Assembly: GCA_001777655.1 (NCBI GenBank)
Contig: MFER01000013.1
Span: 68,322-132,321 of the forward strand
From: Candidatus Doudnabacteria bacterium RIFCSPHIGHO2_02_FULL_43_13b
GTDB taxonomy: Bacteria > Patescibacteriota > Doudnabacteria > UBA920 > O2-02-FULL-48-8
Reading direction: 5' to 3'
Length of the DNA: 64,000 nucleotides
Part shown: positions 17,356 through 27,857 of the stretch, in pieces
How the letters are laid out: every line of letters begins with the position of its first letter
Numbering within the stretch: the stretch's first letter is position 1
Made by a program: the position numbers and the translations under genes
Notes under the pieces: generated by a model
Database searches by the model: none
The model's input: the letters and a program-made list of their open reading frames with translations, nothing else
Told to the model about the DNA's origin: nothing

Positions 17356-17628
17356 ATGCAAAGCTACAAATATTTCAAGGCTCAACTACTTAAGGATAAA
17401 ACTATCAAAAAGGCCTATAAAGAACTGGGACCGGAATTTGTTTTGGTGAAAATGTTGATTGAAAAGAGATTAAAACAAGGCTTGACTCAAACAGAACTAG
17501 CCCGAAAGATCGGTTCACAACAACCGGTAATTTCAAGACTGGAACGAGGAACTTATAATCCAACGATAAAATTCCTACATCGAATCGCTGACGCTCTAGA
17601 CGCCGAACTGAAAGTTTCAATTTCTTAA
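17356..17628 (+). CDS. HigA-type XRE HTH antitoxin
   Basis: GLTQTELARKIGSQQPVISRLERG..NPT; toxin-first gene order. Confidence 0.88.
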   Translation: MQSYKYFKAQLLKDKTIKKAYKELGPEFVLVKMLIEKRLKQGLTQTELARKIGSQQPVISRLERGTYNPTIKFLHRIADALDAELKVSIS

Positions 17629-17719
17629 ATTTAAATCGAAAAACCAAGCCGACGTGCCCCGCACCGACACTTTTTGAACTCGCTTGGCAATAGGCCACTT
17701 CTTATGACAAAATAAAACC

Positions 17720-18436
17720 ATGAGTGGGCATAGTAAGTGGGCGACAATCAAACGAGCCAAAGGTGCGGCTGATGCCAAGCGCGGTCAGTTGTTTACGAAA
17801 TTGGCCAAAAATATTTCGGTGGCTGTCCAAAGCGGCGGGGGATCCGATCCGTCTTTCAATTTCAAACTCCGCATGGCAATTGACAAGGCCAAAGAATCGT
17901 CCATGCCGAATGAAAATATTGAGCGGGCAATCAAGCGTGGCGCGGGTGAGGGCAAAGAAGCCATTGTTTCTGTCACTTATGAAGGTTTTGGGCCGGCCGG
18001 ATCAGCATTGATTGTGGAAGCTATCACTGACAATTCCAATCGAACCCTCCAAGCCATCCGGACCGTTTTTCAAAAACATAACGGGCGGTTGGGTGAGCAG
18101 GGCAGTGTAGCTTGGATGTTTGAATCAAAAGGCGAGGTTCTAGTTGAACGGCAGCGTGGCGCTATGGATCTATCGTTAGAATTGATTGACCAAGGAGTCG
18201 AGGATGTGAAAGAAACCGAACATGGTTTAGAAATCTACACTCTGCCCGTGGATTTGGAAAAAACAAAAAAATTTATCGAAGGAAAAGGATTAAAAGTTCT
18301 ATCGGCAGAGCTGATTATGCGTCCGCAACAAACCGTGCAGCTGTCCGAAAACGATGCGGCTAAAGTTCAGGCTTTAGTGGACACTTTAAATGATAATGAT
18401 GATGTGGTAAATGTGCATAGTAATGTGAACTTATAA
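17720..18436 (+). CDS. yebC: YebC/PmpR family protein
   Basis: MSGHSKWATIK, YEGFGP, TDNSNRT. Confidence 0.96.
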   Translation: MSGHSKWATIKRAKGAADAKRGQLFTKLAKNISVAVQSGGGSDPSFNFKLRMAIDKAKESSMPNENIERAIKRGAGEGKEAIVSVTYEGFGPAGSALIVEAITDNSNRTLQAIRTVFQKHNGRLGEQGSVAWMFESKGEVLVERQRGAMDLSLELIDQGVEDVKETEHGLEIYTLPVDLEKTKKFIEGKGLKVLSAELIMRPQQTVQLSENDAAKVQALVDTLNDNDDVVNVHSNVNL

Positions 18437-18444
18437 AATAATCT

Positions 18445-18521
18445 TGTCTTTGCGAGCGAAGCGAAGCAATCTCTTTACTTAGGTCGGGATTGCTTCGTCG
18501 CTGTCGCTCCTCGCAAAGACA
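18445..18521. repeat. RPE-like palindromic element P1, complete intergenic copy
   Basis: TGTCTTTGCGAGCGAAGCGAAGCAATCT...GATTGCTTCGTCGCT...CTCCTCGCAAAGACA. Confidence 0.85.
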
Positions 18522-18546
18522 GAAGGAAAAAGACAGAAGGAAAAAG

Positions 18547-19020
18547 ATGAGAATACTAGGAATCGACCCCGGAATCGGCCGCACTGGCTATGCAATTTTG
18601 GAACAAACCAAGCAGAAAATTACTCTGCTGGCTTGCGGTTGTATCACGACCAAAACCGGCGAGGCCGAGCCTGCGCGATTGCTCGAGATCAAAACTGACT
18701 TAATGGCGATTATCAAAAAATATAAACCAGAAGCGATTTGCATTGAGTCATTATTTTTCGCGGCCAACGCGAAAACCGCGATGATGGTTGGGCAAGCTAG
18801 AGGAGTGGTGGTCGTCACCGCAGCGGAGAGCAAACTAAAAATTATTGAGGTCACCCCACTGCAAGTCAAAATTGCTGCCACAGGTTATGGCAAAGCGGAT
18901 AAACGGCAAGTGCAAACCATGATTGTCAAACTTTTGAAGTTAAAAAAAATCCCCAAACCCGATGATGTAGTGGATGCCATCGCTATCGCATGGGCGGGGA
19001 TTGGACGGACTAAGTACTAA
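18547..19020 (+). CDS. ruvC: Holliday junction resolvase RuvC
   Basis: ILGIDPG..TGY, IESLFF, GQARG, GYGKADK.QV, PDDVVDA; start at ATG 18547. Confidence 0.96.
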   Translation: MRILGIDPGIGRTGYAILEQTKQKITLLACGCITTKTGEAEPARLLEIKTDLMAIIKKYKPEAICIESLFFAANAKTAMMVGQARGVVVVTAAESKLKIIEVTPLQVKIAATGYGKADKRQVQTMIVKLLKLKKIPKPDDVVDAIAIAWAGIGRTKY

Positions 19021-19130
19021 AATAAAAGAAAAGACCCTGTCCATCTACGAGAGTTGGACCGGGTCTTCGTTGTGCACGACCGGCTGTCGCCGGGAATTTC
19101 CGTCTTTCTGGTCGTTGCCGTCTACGACGG

Positions 19131-19397
19131 CTACGAGGCGTCGCGCGTCGCTTCCGCGTCCGGTTGCGGCGGTGCGTCGCCTTCCGGGGGCGTGTTGCTG
19201 GCCGCCGCATGAGCCGCCGGCATCCGTGTATCAACAGCACGCTCTTCGCTGAAATGGAATCTCTCCGAGGGCGGGCGGGCGGGCGGAGCTGCGGTGGTGG
19301 CGGGCCGGGTCGAGCGGTTCCGGCTCCGAGCTGTCCTCGTGGAACGGCGGTTGCGCTTGCTCACTGGCTTGGCTAAACGTTTGGTCGCCTTTGACAT
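19131..19397 (-). CDS. GC-rich orphan, basic low-complexity protein
   Basis: AGGAGGT SD, TTGACT-17-TACCTT promoter, terminator near 19025-19067; Arg/Lys/Ser/Pro-rich. Confidence 0.5.
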   Translation of the reverse strand: MSKATKRLAKPVSKRNRRSTRTARSRNRSTRPATTAAPPARPPSERFHFSEERAVDTRMPAAHAAASNTPPEGDAPPQPDAEATRDAS

Positions 19398-19513
19398 GCT
19401 ACCTCCTGCTGATAATTCACCTGGGATACCCAGGTGAACCATTGAGCTAAGGTATCAGAAACCACAGTTTTAGTCAACACTAAAAAAGGCCTCATAGTGA
19501 GGCGCCTCTTCAA

Positions 19514-19590
19514 CCCATCTCGAACGAAGGGAGAGATCTCGGTATTAACACCAAGATTTCTCGTCCCGATAAATCGGGACTCGAAATGGT
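19514..19590. repeat. RPE-like palindromic element P4, intergenic
   Basis: CCATCTCGA...GAGAGATCT...AGATTTCTC..TCCCGAT-AA-ATCGGGA..TCGAAATGG. Confidence 0.65.
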
Positions 19591-20744
19591 TATTCAGTTT
19601 TAATAAATTTACGCTTACCCACCTGAATTATGCTACTGGGAGGAACCTTAGTCCCTTCATTAGCAATCTCATCATTAACCCTTACTCCTTTTTGATCAAT
19701 TAAGCGCTTAGCTTCATTTTTACTTGATGCTAAATTCGTTTCAACTAAAATACCAATAATGCTCGATTCGTGAACTTTTACATTCCGGATCTCCGAAGGT
19801 TTCTCTTTCTTAGAAAAAACTTTCGCCCACTCATTGGCCGCGCTCGTTGCCAATTTGGCTCCATGATATAACGTAACAATCTCTTGGGCCAAACGTTTCT
19901 TAATATCGCGGGGGTTAGCTCCCGCTTCCAGTTCTTTTTCCAATTCCTTAATTTCACTTATCGGCATTTGGGTCGCAAATTCAAAATATTTGAGGATCAG
20001 GTCATCATTAATCGACATAACCTTACCAAACATGTCATTCGGCTCATCTTCCAAGGCAATAAAATTACCGAGAGTCTTGCCCATCTTTTGGCCATCAGTC
20101 CCAATCAAATAATCAGCCAAGACAATATCTTGCGGCTCCAACCCGTGAGCATGCATGAGTTCTCGGCCGGTCAATAAATTAAATTTTTGATCCAGGCCAC
20201 CCAGTTCAACATCGGCCTTAGTCGCCACCGAATCGTAGGCTTGGATTAAAGGATATAACAATTCGTGAAAAGCCAAGGACTGGCCCATCTTTAATCGCTG
20301 TCTGAAAGTTTCGTGAGACATAATCCAACCAGCAGATAATTGCGAGGCTTCATAAATAACATCTTGCAGAGTAAATTTAGCAAACCATTCGGACTGCCAA
20401 TGCAATTCCAGCCGATTTTTATCCAAGATTTTCAAGGCTTGCTGTTCGTAAGTTGCAAAATTTTTGGCAATGTCGCTTTTGGTCAGTGGCGGCCGAGTTT
20501 CATTTTTGCCAGAGGGGTCGCCGATTGAAGCAGTCGTATCGCCGATAATTAAAACGGCGGTATGGCCCAGGTCTTGAAATCGCCTCAAAATCCACAGGAC
20601 CACGGCATGTCCGATATGAAGCCTTGCTCCCGTTGGATCAATCCCGAGTTTGATTCGTAATTTTTTCCCGCTATGCAGCTGCTGTTCGAGATGCTTTCGA
20701 TCGATAATCTCAGCAACACTGCGAGTCAATATTTCGTCTTCCAT
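19590..20744 (-). CDS. tyrS: Tyrosine--tRNA ligase
   Basis: GIDPTG..LHIGH, YPLIQAYD, GGLDQ.FN, KMGKT, C-terminal S4 domain. Confidence 0.97.
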   Translation of the reverse strand: MEDEILTRSVAEIIDRKHLEQQLHSGKKLRIKLGIDPTGARLHIGHAVVLWILRRFQDLGHTAVLIIGDTTASIGDPSGKNETRPPLTKSDIAKNFATYEQQALKILDKNRLELHWQSEWFAKFTLQDVIYEASQLSAGWIMSHETFRQRLKMGQSLAFHELLYPLIQAYDSVATKADVELGGLDQKFNLLTGRELMHAHGLEPQDIVLADYLIGTDGQKMGKTLGNFIALEDEPNDMFGKVMSINDDLILKYFEFATQMPISEIKELEKELEAGANPRDIKKRLAQEIVTLYHGAKLATSAANEWAKVFSKKEKPSEIRNVKVHESSIIGILVETNLASSKNEAKRLIDQKGVRVNDEIANEGTKVPPSSIIQVGKRKFIKTE

Positions 20745-20796
20745 AGTAATAGTAAAGACATTATATCAGTTTTTTGCTACAATTAGTAGGCATTTT

Positions 20797-23361
20797 ATGA
20801 GTTATTATTATTCAAATTGGAATCGCAATCAAAGATCAGGGTGGAAAAAAATTGTCCAGCAAATTTTGGGTTATCCGAAAAACCTCTGGCAAAAATTCAG
20901 AACCCAAAAAACTTTCCGGCGGAAAATTTTTATGATCTGCGCTTACGCCATAACCGGCGCGTTATTAGCGGCCAGCGCCCTGTTTGCTGCCGTTTCATTA
21001 AGCTTACCTGACCCTAACAAACTCAATGCCAGAATTATACCTCAGTCGACGAAAATCTATGCCCGAGACGGCACCACGCTATTATACGAAGTTCACGGTG
21101 AAGCGAAACGCACTCTGATAGAACTGGCTGAAATTCCAGACTATGTAAAATGGGCGACTATTGCCATCGAAGATAAAAATTTCTATAACAACCACGGCAT
21201 TGACTGGCGGGGGATTTTCCGTTCCCTGTTTCGGAATATCACTTCCGGCGATTTAACTGGCCAGGGAGGTTCTACCATCACCCAACAATTTGTGCGCAAC
21301 GCGATTTTAACTCGCGAAAAAACCTTGATTCGAAAAATTAAAGAAGCCGTGCTGGCAATTGAGATCGATCAAAAATTTACTAAAGATGAAATTCTCAAAC
21401 TTTATCTAAACGAAATCCCGTATGGCCAAAACGCTTATGGTATTGAGGCGGCGGCTCAGACGTATTTTGGCAAACGCGCGCGTAATTTAGGCTTGGCAGA
21501 AGCAGCTTATCTGGCCGCTCTTCCTCAAGCCCCCACGTTTTACAATCCCCAGGGCCCCAACAAAGATCGGCTGGAAGCGCGAAAAAACTTAGTTTTGGAT
21601 CAAATGTTTGAGCAAGGATATATCAAAGAACAAGAACGCGACGAAGCTTGGGCCAGTCAAGTTACCTTTAATAAAATTAAGGATGCTATCTTAGCTCCGC
21701 ATTTTGTGCTCTATGTCCAAGGGTTGCTGGCGGAAACTTACGGGGAAAAAACTTTGGAAGAAGGCGGGCTCAAAGTTATCACGACCCTGGATTGGAATTT
21801 GCAGCAAATTGCCGACAAGGCGGTTAAAGAAGGCGTTGCTAAAAATGAAAAAAACAATAAAGCCAGTAACGCGGCGCTGACTGCGATTGATCCAAAAACC
21901 GGCCAGGTCTTAGCTATGGTCGGCTCCAGAGATTATTTTGATGACGAGCACGATGGTCAGGTTAATGTTGCTATCAGAGAACGACAACCAGGTTCCTCAA
22001 TCAAACCCTATATTTACGCAACAGCCTTTAAAGAAGGGATGGGCCCAGCAACGATGTTGGTGGATGTAAAAACCGTATTTGGGACTTATAACGGCAGGGA
22101 ATACGCGCCAACAAATTATGACGGAGCTGATCACGGAATCGTTAATATGCGAAAAGCGCTAGCCGGCTCCCTCAATGTACCCGCTGTCAAAACTTTGGCT
22201 TTAGTGGGAGTCCAAGATGCGATTGATACTGCCAAAGATATGGGAATTAGTTCGGATATCAGCGCCGACCGCTGTGGATTGGCCTTAGTTTTAGGGGGCT
22301 GTGAAATTAAACTAATCGATCATGTCTCAGCCATGGGAGTATTTGCCAACAATGGCGTTCGACACGAAGCGACCACCATCCTGAAAATTACGGACGGCTC
22401 AGGAAAAATTTTAGAAGAATACCAAGATAACGAAGGCGAGCAAGTTTTAGATCCGCAAGTTGCTTACCAAATCGTTAATATCATGACTGACAACGATGCC
22501 CGGTCTTTTATTTTCGGTTCCAATTCCCCATTAATTCTACCGGGAAGAACTGTCGCAGCCAAAACCGGCACGACGCAAGAATGGCGTGACGGTTGGACCT
22601 TAGGATTTACTCCCTCCCTGGCGGCCGGAGTTTGGGTTGGCAATAACGATTTTTCTAAAATGCGCGCGGGCGCTGACGGAGTGATTGTCGCCGCCCCGAT
22701 CTGGAACCAATTTATGCGGGAGGCGCTGAAGGATACCCCCCCGGAATTATTCATTGAACCTCCCGGCATCCAGCACATTCTCGTCGATTCGATTTCAGGC
22801 AAACTCCCCACCGAGTATACTACAGCTACTAAATCAGAAGTCTTTGCGGATTTTGCTCTGCCCAATACGTTTGACGATGTTCATGTCACATTAAACATCA
22901 ATAAATACAACGGTAAACTAGCTAACTCTCTAACACCTGCTGACGCGTTGGAAACCCGGGTTTATACGGTCTTACATTCAGAAATGCCAAATAATCCTGA
23001 CTGGGAGGTACCGGTGGTGTTCTGGGCCCAGGCGAATGGCTATAGTTATCCAACCGAACAAGATGATGGATCCACCAACCCCTCCTTTAATAACCCAACT
23101 ATTAACTTTATAACTCCGATTGAAAATCAAGAAATCTCAAATTTGCCTTTGATGGTCCAATTATCAGTCAGCGGCGATGTCCCCCTTAGTGTGGAACTGT
23201 CATTAAACAGCGTATTTATTGGTTCGACTAATACGCCTCCTTATAGTTTTGAAATCAAACAAGCGCCAAATGGTTGGTCCGTTCTTTCTGCGAAAGCAAA
23301 GATGTCGAATGGCAATACGATCCAAAAAAATATCCTTATCAATGTCAAGGTCAAAAAATAA
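20797..23361 (+). CDS. Class A penicillin-binding protein (PBP1A family) with C-terminal Ig-like domain
   Basis: EDKNF, GGSTITQQ, RK.KE, GSSIK, SLN, KTG; start at ATG 20797. Confidence 0.95.
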   Translation: MSYYYSNWNRNQRSGWKKIVQQILGYPKNLWQKFRTQKTFRRKIFMICAYAITGALLAASALFAAVSLSLPDPNKLNARIIPQSTKIYARDGTTLLYEVHGEAKRTLIELAEIPDYVKWATIAIEDKNFYNNHGIDWRGIFRSLFRNITSGDLTGQGGSTITQQFVRNAILTREKTLIRKIKEAVLAIEIDQKFTKDEILKLYLNEIPYGQNAYGIEAAAQTYFGKRARNLGLAEAAYLAALPQAPTFYNPQGPNKDRLEARKNLVLDQMFEQGYIKEQERDEAWASQVTFNKIKDAILAPHFVLYVQGLLAETYGEKTLEEGGLKVITTLDWNLQQIADKAVKEGVAKNEKNNKASNAALTAIDPKTGQVLAMVGSRDYFDDEHDGQVNVAIRERQPGSSIKPYIYATAFKEGMGPATMLVDVKTVFGTYNGREYAPTNYDGADHGIVNMRKALAGSLNVPAVKTLALVGVQDAIDTAKDMGISSDISADRCGLALVLGGCEIKLIDHVSAMGVFANNGVRHEATTILKITDGSGKILEEYQDNEGEQVLDPQVAYQIVNIMTDNDARSFIFGSNSPLILPGRTVAAKTGTTQEWRDGWTLGFTPSLAAGVWVGNNDFSKMRAGADGVIVAAPIWNQFMREALKDTPPELFIEPPGIQHILVDSISGKLPTEYTTATKSEVFADFALPNTFDDVHVTLNINKYNGKLANSLTPADALETRVYTVLHSEMPNNPDWEVPVVFWAQANGYSYPTEQDDGSTNPSFNNPTINFITPIENQEISNLPLMVQLSVSGDVPLSVELSLNSVFIGSTNTPPYSFEIKQAPNGWSVLSAKAKMSNGNTIQKNILINVKVKK

Positions 23362-23364
23362 ACT

Positions 23365-24504
23365 ATGATTCACTTTTTAGGTTTGGTTCTGGCTCTCCTG
23401 CCAACCTACTTGATCCGATTCAAGCTTTTTGGCGTTCCGACAACCCTGTTAGAACTCTTGATTGCGGCCTTTTTATTTCTAACTCTGATTAATTTTAAAC
23501 TAACTGATCTTGTCAAGTTAAAAAGTTTAGGAAAAATAAACTTAAGCGCGGGCTTATTTATTTTGGCTGGAATTATTTCAACAATTGTTTCACCAGAACC
23601 CTTGCGGGCATTGGGACTTTTAAAAGCTTTTATCATTGAGCCAGTTCTACTTTTCTATGCCACTATCGTTACTATAAAATTGCCCAAAGATAAAATCGTA
23701 GTTTTGCGATGGTTGTTGGCAAGCAGTTTTCTGATTTCTCTGTTTGGGATTGTTCAATACTTTACTTATCTTAACTTGCCGATCAAGTTTTGGGGAAGCG
23801 GAGATGAGGGGCTTCGGATTACTTCAATCTTTGAACACCCCAACCAGTTAGCATTATACCTAGCCCCGTTATTAATTTTCTTTTTTGCTCTTTATCTTTC
23901 TGGTTTTAAATTATTTAAGGTTTGGTTTGAACGATTAGCTTTAATCATTCTGGGGGTTGCTTTGGCCCTGACGTTTTCTCGGGGCGCCTGGCTGGCTGTG
24001 AGTCTGATGGGTTTGATTTTGCTGATAAAAAAATACTCTTGGAAACAAATTCTACCACTCGTGCTTTTGTTGGTATTAATTCTCTTCAGTATTGCTCCAA
24101 TTAGAGAACGAGTCATGCTTGGAATCTCTGACCCATCCAGCAGTGTCCGCTTGCAACTGATGAAAATCGGCTTTCAAAAAACCCTATCTTCTCCCTTCTT
24201 AGGCAACGGCTTGTATGGATTTCGGACCACCCTGGCCGAATCCCAATTTAGCGGGGAAATTTTAAACAATCCTCATAATATTTTTCTGACCTTTTGGCTG
24301 GAAATGGGACTATTAGGATTACTGACCTTTGCTTTAATTTTCTTCATCTCCGCTGAGCAGGTAAAAATACACCCGTCAGCACTAAAGTTTGCTGCGGGTG
24401 TATTTTTGTTAACTGTGATTATTCAAGGCATGGTTGATGTGCCATATTTTAAAAATGATCTCTCAATTTTATTTTGGTTTATGATCAGTTTATTTTTTAT
24501 TTAG
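23365..24504 (+). CDS. O-antigen ligase family protein
   Basis: R..SIFEHPN, TFSRGAW, PHNIFL..W.EMGLLGL. Confidence 0.85.
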   Translation: MIHFLGLVLALLPTYLIRFKLFGVPTTLLELLIAAFLFLTLINFKLTDLVKLKSLGKINLSAGLFILAGIISTIVSPEPLRALGLLKAFIIEPVLLFYATIVTIKLPKDKIVVLRWLLASSFLISLFGIVQYFTYLNLPIKFWGSGDEGLRITSIFEHPNQLALYLAPLLIFFFALYLSGFKLFKVWFERLALIILGVALALTFSRGAWLAVSLMGLILLIKKYSWKQILPLVLLLVLILFSIAPIRERVMLGISDPSSSVRLQLMKIGFQKTLSSPFLGNGLYGFRTTLAESQFSGEILNNPHNIFLTFWLEMGLLGLLTFALIFFISAEQVKIHPSALKFAAGVFLLTVIIQGMVDVPYFKNDLSILFWFMISLFFI

Positions 24505-25234
24505 GTTCTAGACTGTCCCACATAAAATTAAAGCTAGCTCGCTGCATCTGCGATAATTCTTGGCTTTCAATTAATATTGCTGAGAGGTCTTCGCCAAAAG
24601 AAAACATCGCAATTTTATCATTCCAGATATAAAACAATCCATGATAATCGTAATGTTCTGGAATCAATCTAACTTCTCTTAAATGTTGCGGTCCTAAAAC
24701 TTTTCTTTCCCGGGCCTTCGGAGAATCTCTGAGAATGACTCTAACTGGAATTTTTAGTTCCACTCTCTTTTTCACAAAATCTGGATAATTTTCCAGAGTC
24801 GCAAATAAATCTTCAACCGAGGCAAATGATAACAGACTCTTTGCTTCATTGAGAATTTCTTCGAGAATAATTTTCATCCCCGGCTTGCCTTCATAAAAAC
24901 GAACAGTTGGACGAGATTTGCTACTGCCATACACAGCCATAAATTTCGGCAAGGCTCTCTCCATAATCGTAGTTTTTTCTTTCAGCGATCCAATAATCGT
25001 ATGCGGATCATCGGCACTGAAATATCTGACGCGTTTCTTTTTGAATGACGAAACCAGCCCTTTGTCGAGTAGGGTATTAAGCACGATTTCGGTCGTGGAC
25101 CTAGCCAACCCGGCTTGCTGGGCGATTTTTAATATGGGTCCAGAGCCGACTTGAAGAGTAGCCAAGTAAACCTTGGCCTGTTTTGGCCTGAGGCCATAAT
25201 CGATTAAAGTTCGTTCTAGGTCTAGTTCTGCCAT
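24497..25234 (-). CDS. TrmB family transcriptional regulator
   Basis: GL...AKVYLA.L wHTH, VRFYEG, IWNDKIA; start could be 25249. Confidence 0.85.
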   Translation of the reverse strand: MAELDLERTLIDYGLRPKQAKVYLATLQVGSGPILKIAQQAGLARSTTEIVLNTLLDKGLVSSFKKKRVRYFSADDPHTIIGSLKEKTTIMERALPKFMAVYGSSKSRPTVRFYEGKPGMKIILEEILNEAKSLLSFASVEDLFATLENYPDFVKKRVELKIPVRVILRDSPKARERKVLGPQHLREVRLIPEHYDYHGLFYIWNDKIAMFSFGEDLSAILIESQELSQMQRASFNFMWDSLEPK

Positions 25235-25398
25235 AAAAACCGGCGGCATTAATTAGCTATATTATAGCTTATTTAAAGCCCTTTTGTCAATAGTTTACTA
25301 AAATATGCCAAAATTATTGTTTATATATCTATAATACTATAAACTTTCAAGTCAATGTAGGAATAGATCTAATTGACTGCCAATCCCAAGGAGGCAAA

Positions 25399-25869
25399 AT
25401 GGACGCGGTGCTACAGCTAGATAGGATAATGAATTTGCTTGCTGAATCTGAAGCGGTCTTGGAAGAAGTGGATCACAATCTTCAAGCGCTAGAAAAGAAA
25501 GTTCCTCAAGCTACGGCACATATGGTCAGATTCGCAACCTTGCAAGGAAGAATCGAGGCTATAAAGGGCCGGCTGAAGCACCAGAAACTCAGGTTACTGT
25601 CAGCAATGGACATCTGCATGAAACCCCTTTTTCCTGCATATAAATGGGGGGAAATGAGTATGGAAAATCTGGCTTCATGGGAAGGAAGGTATGATTTCGA
25701 GCGGTACTGTCCCGCAAGACTTCATGACCTCTCTACCAAATTTGAGGATGGTGAGAAATCTAGCCAAGCAGTCATGGAACAAGTGAGCAACCTTAATCTT
25801 GTATGCTTACAAATCCAAACCAAGCTAAATACTCTTATACGACGTGACCAGAAACTCGAGAAAGAATAA
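25399..25869 (+). CDS. Orphan helical protein
   Basis: 156-aa ORF with AAGGAGG SD and downstream hairpin. Confidence 0.65.
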   Translation: MDAVLQLDRIMNLLAESEAVLEEVDHNLQALEKKVPQATAHMVRFATLQGRIEAIKGRLKHQKLRLLSAMDICMKPLFPAYKWGEMSMENLASWEGRYDFERYCPARLHDLSTKFEDGEKSSQAVMEQVSNLNLVCLQIQTKLNTLIRRDQKLEKE

Positions 25870-25908
25870 TCTCAAAACCGGCCCAGTCGCTGACTGAGCC
25901 GTTCTCTT

Positions 25909-26300
25909 TTATTTAAACCCAAAGGATTTTGGTTTTTCTTCAACCGACAACAGATTCCTGATCGCGTTAAAGACTATTTTAAACCGCTGATCGTATTTGC
26001 GTTCCAGTTTTTTCCCGCCACTGCTATTTGAAAATTAAATGTAGGCGGGATCCCGCCAAAGGCGGTGACAATCTTTTCTCGCAACTCTTTATTACTCACG
26101 AGCATCTCGCGCAATTTCGTAAATGTCCGCATGATTTGGATATTGACTTGAATCGCGCGTTTACTATTGAGCACACTCGAAAGCATGGCAACGCCTTGTT
26201 CCGTAAAAACCAACGACGCGTATTTGATATTTTGCCTCTATTCAAGGTGCCAATTTGGAACCCCAAGTTCTTTAAGGTCACAAATTGTGACCTCGAAATT
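25909..26300 (-). pseudogene. ORF6N-type DNA-binding protein remnant
   Basis: RSQFVTL...[28 protein letters not shown]...[12 protein letters not shown] spread over shifted frames; 5' end lost at a P1 half element; hairpin insert near 26014-26069. Confidence 0.8.
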
Positions 26301-26306
26301 TTCTGA

Positions 26307-26366
26307 TAGATTGCTTCGTCGGCGCCGAGGTTCTAACTATAAAAAAAGCGCCTCCTCGCAAATGCG
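26307..26366. repeat. RPE-like element P1, right half
   Basis: AGATTGCTTCGTCGGCGC...GCGCCTCCTCGCAAATGCG. Confidence 0.7.
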
Positions 26367-26402
26367 CTTTTCGTACTTTTATATTTTTTCCTAGTTCGTA
26401 GA

Positions 26403-26900
26403 CTAGCTATTCTCAATAAAATTAAATCCGTCTTTGTCTTTAACTTTGGCTTTTGGCCGGATGATCAGTTTGCGATTGGGTTCCACTCCCATGCTTTCTG
26501 ACCCCACGTCAGAATATAAAGATAAATAAGAATGTACCACGCGACGCTCATATGCCGGCATGGGTTCTAAAGAGACCGCTCTTTTCGTTTCACGGACATG
26601 GTGAGCGGCCTTGCGCGCCAATTCCTTTAAATAAATCACGCGCTTATCTTTATAATCATCAATATCAATGGCAAATGGGAATCGATCATCTTGAATCTGC
26701 TTGCGAAACAACACTCTAAGGATGTATTGCAGGGCCTCTAGGTTGGCCCCCAGTTTACCAATCAAAAGCTGCGCGTCATGGGTTTTGATATTAAATACCG
26801 TGCGGCCTTCTTCTTGGCGTTCGAAAATTTCTGCTTCAAATCCCATTTTTCGCAACAAATTTAAAGTTATATTTTTCAAAAGTTCATTGCTTGGTTCCAT
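26403..26900 (-). CDS. jag: Jag/KhpB RNA-binding protein (KH + R3H)
   Basis: LIGKLG.NL.ALQ, PMPAYERRVVH, GVEPNR; downstream of yidC. Confidence 0.9.
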   Translation of the reverse strand: MEPSNELLKNITLNLLRKMGFEAEIFERQEEGRTVFNIKTHDAQLLIGKLGANLEALQYILRVLFRKQIQDDRFPFAIDIDDYKDKRVIYLKELARKAAHHVRETKRAVSLEPMPAYERRVVHSYLSLYSDVGSESMGVEPNRKLIIRPKAKVKDKDGFNFIENS

Positions 26901-27594
26901 ATAACGCTTCCTTGGCTTCCTTTCGCAAAAGATAATATTGCTGGCCCACCCCAAACAAAGTAGTGATAATCCAATACAAGGTCAGTCCGGCTGGAAAAGT
27001 GCTGCCAAAAAATACTGTCAGGGCTGGCAAAAAATAGAGCGTTTGGTATTTGACCATTTTGGTGGTCGCATCCTCTGTCTGATTCTTTGGGAGCATAATT
27101 TTACTTTGCCAATACTGTAAGGCACCCGCTACCACTGCCATAATAATATTTTTTTTGGCCAAATCCAGAAACCCCAAAAACACTGGATTGATTTTTTCTG
27201 GAGCAGTGATAAATGAATATATCCCGTGTAGCTCGTTGCCGTTTAAGCTTTGGATAAACACCTGATAAAGCGCAATCAGGATTGGTAATTGAATTAAAAG
27301 CGGTAAGCAAGAACTTAAGGGATTTACCTTATGAGTGGAATAAAGCTCCATCATGGCCTTGGCTTGACGCTCTTTGTCATCCTTATATTTCTCTTTAATT
27401 TCGGCCATTTTGGGCTGGAGCGCGGTCATGGCCCTTTGGTGTTTCAATGATTTATGAAAGGAGGGCAAAAGGAGTAAACGAACTATAAGCGTTAACAAAA
27501 TGATAACCGCCCCGATATCCGGAATAAAATTATAGAAAAAAACCAAAAGGTTCAAAAGTGGGTAAACTAAAATTTGATTAAAAACTTGAATCAT
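26884..27594 (-). CDS. yidC: Membrane protein insertase YidC, short form
   Basis: IILLT..VR, LQP, NP..SCLP.LIQ.P, P.GL.LYW. Confidence 0.95.
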   Translation of the reverse strand: MIQVFNQILVYPLLNLLVFFYNFIPDIGAVIILLTLIVRLLLLPSFHKSLKHQRAMTALQPKMAEIKEKYKDDKERQAKAMMELYSTHKVNPLSSCLPLLIQLPILIALYQVFIQSLNGNELHGIYSFITAPEKINPVFLGFLDLAKKNIIMAVVAGALQYWQSKIMLPKNQTEDATTKMVKYQTLYFLPALTVFFGSTFPAGLTLYWIITTLFGVGQQYYLLRKEAKEALYGTKQ

Positions 27595-27599
27595 AAACT

Positions 27600-27857
27600 T
27601 TAGGGCTGATCAATCACCGGAGCAACGCCGGGTCGGCACTTAATTAAACGCTTAATAATTTTAGGTAGCCCCGCCACGCCTTCATTTCTTAAAACTAATT
27701 CGGCATAAGCTGAACAAGAAGGATAAAATTTACAATAACCGTATGGGTAAAAAACCCTCAAGGGACCATGATCAAAAGAAAAGGTTTTTTGGTAAAGCCA
27801 AACCAGCCCTCTTAGAGGAAACGCCAAAATTAAATTAATATATTTTATGATTGCCAT
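27600..27857 (-). CDS. yidD: Membrane protein insertion efficiency factor YidD
   Basis: CKFYPSCSAY...R..KC.P; synteny. Confidence 0.92.
   Translation of the reverse strand: MAIIKYINLILAFPLRGLVWLYQKTFSFDHGPLRVFYPYGYCKFYPSCSAYAELVLRNEGVAGLPKIIKRLIKCRPGVAPVIDQP

Noticed and set aside
18490-18546. N-terminal extension of RuvC
   Set aside because: It is translated from the P1 palindrome and a 14-bp tandem duplication; the RuvC motif begins at 18547
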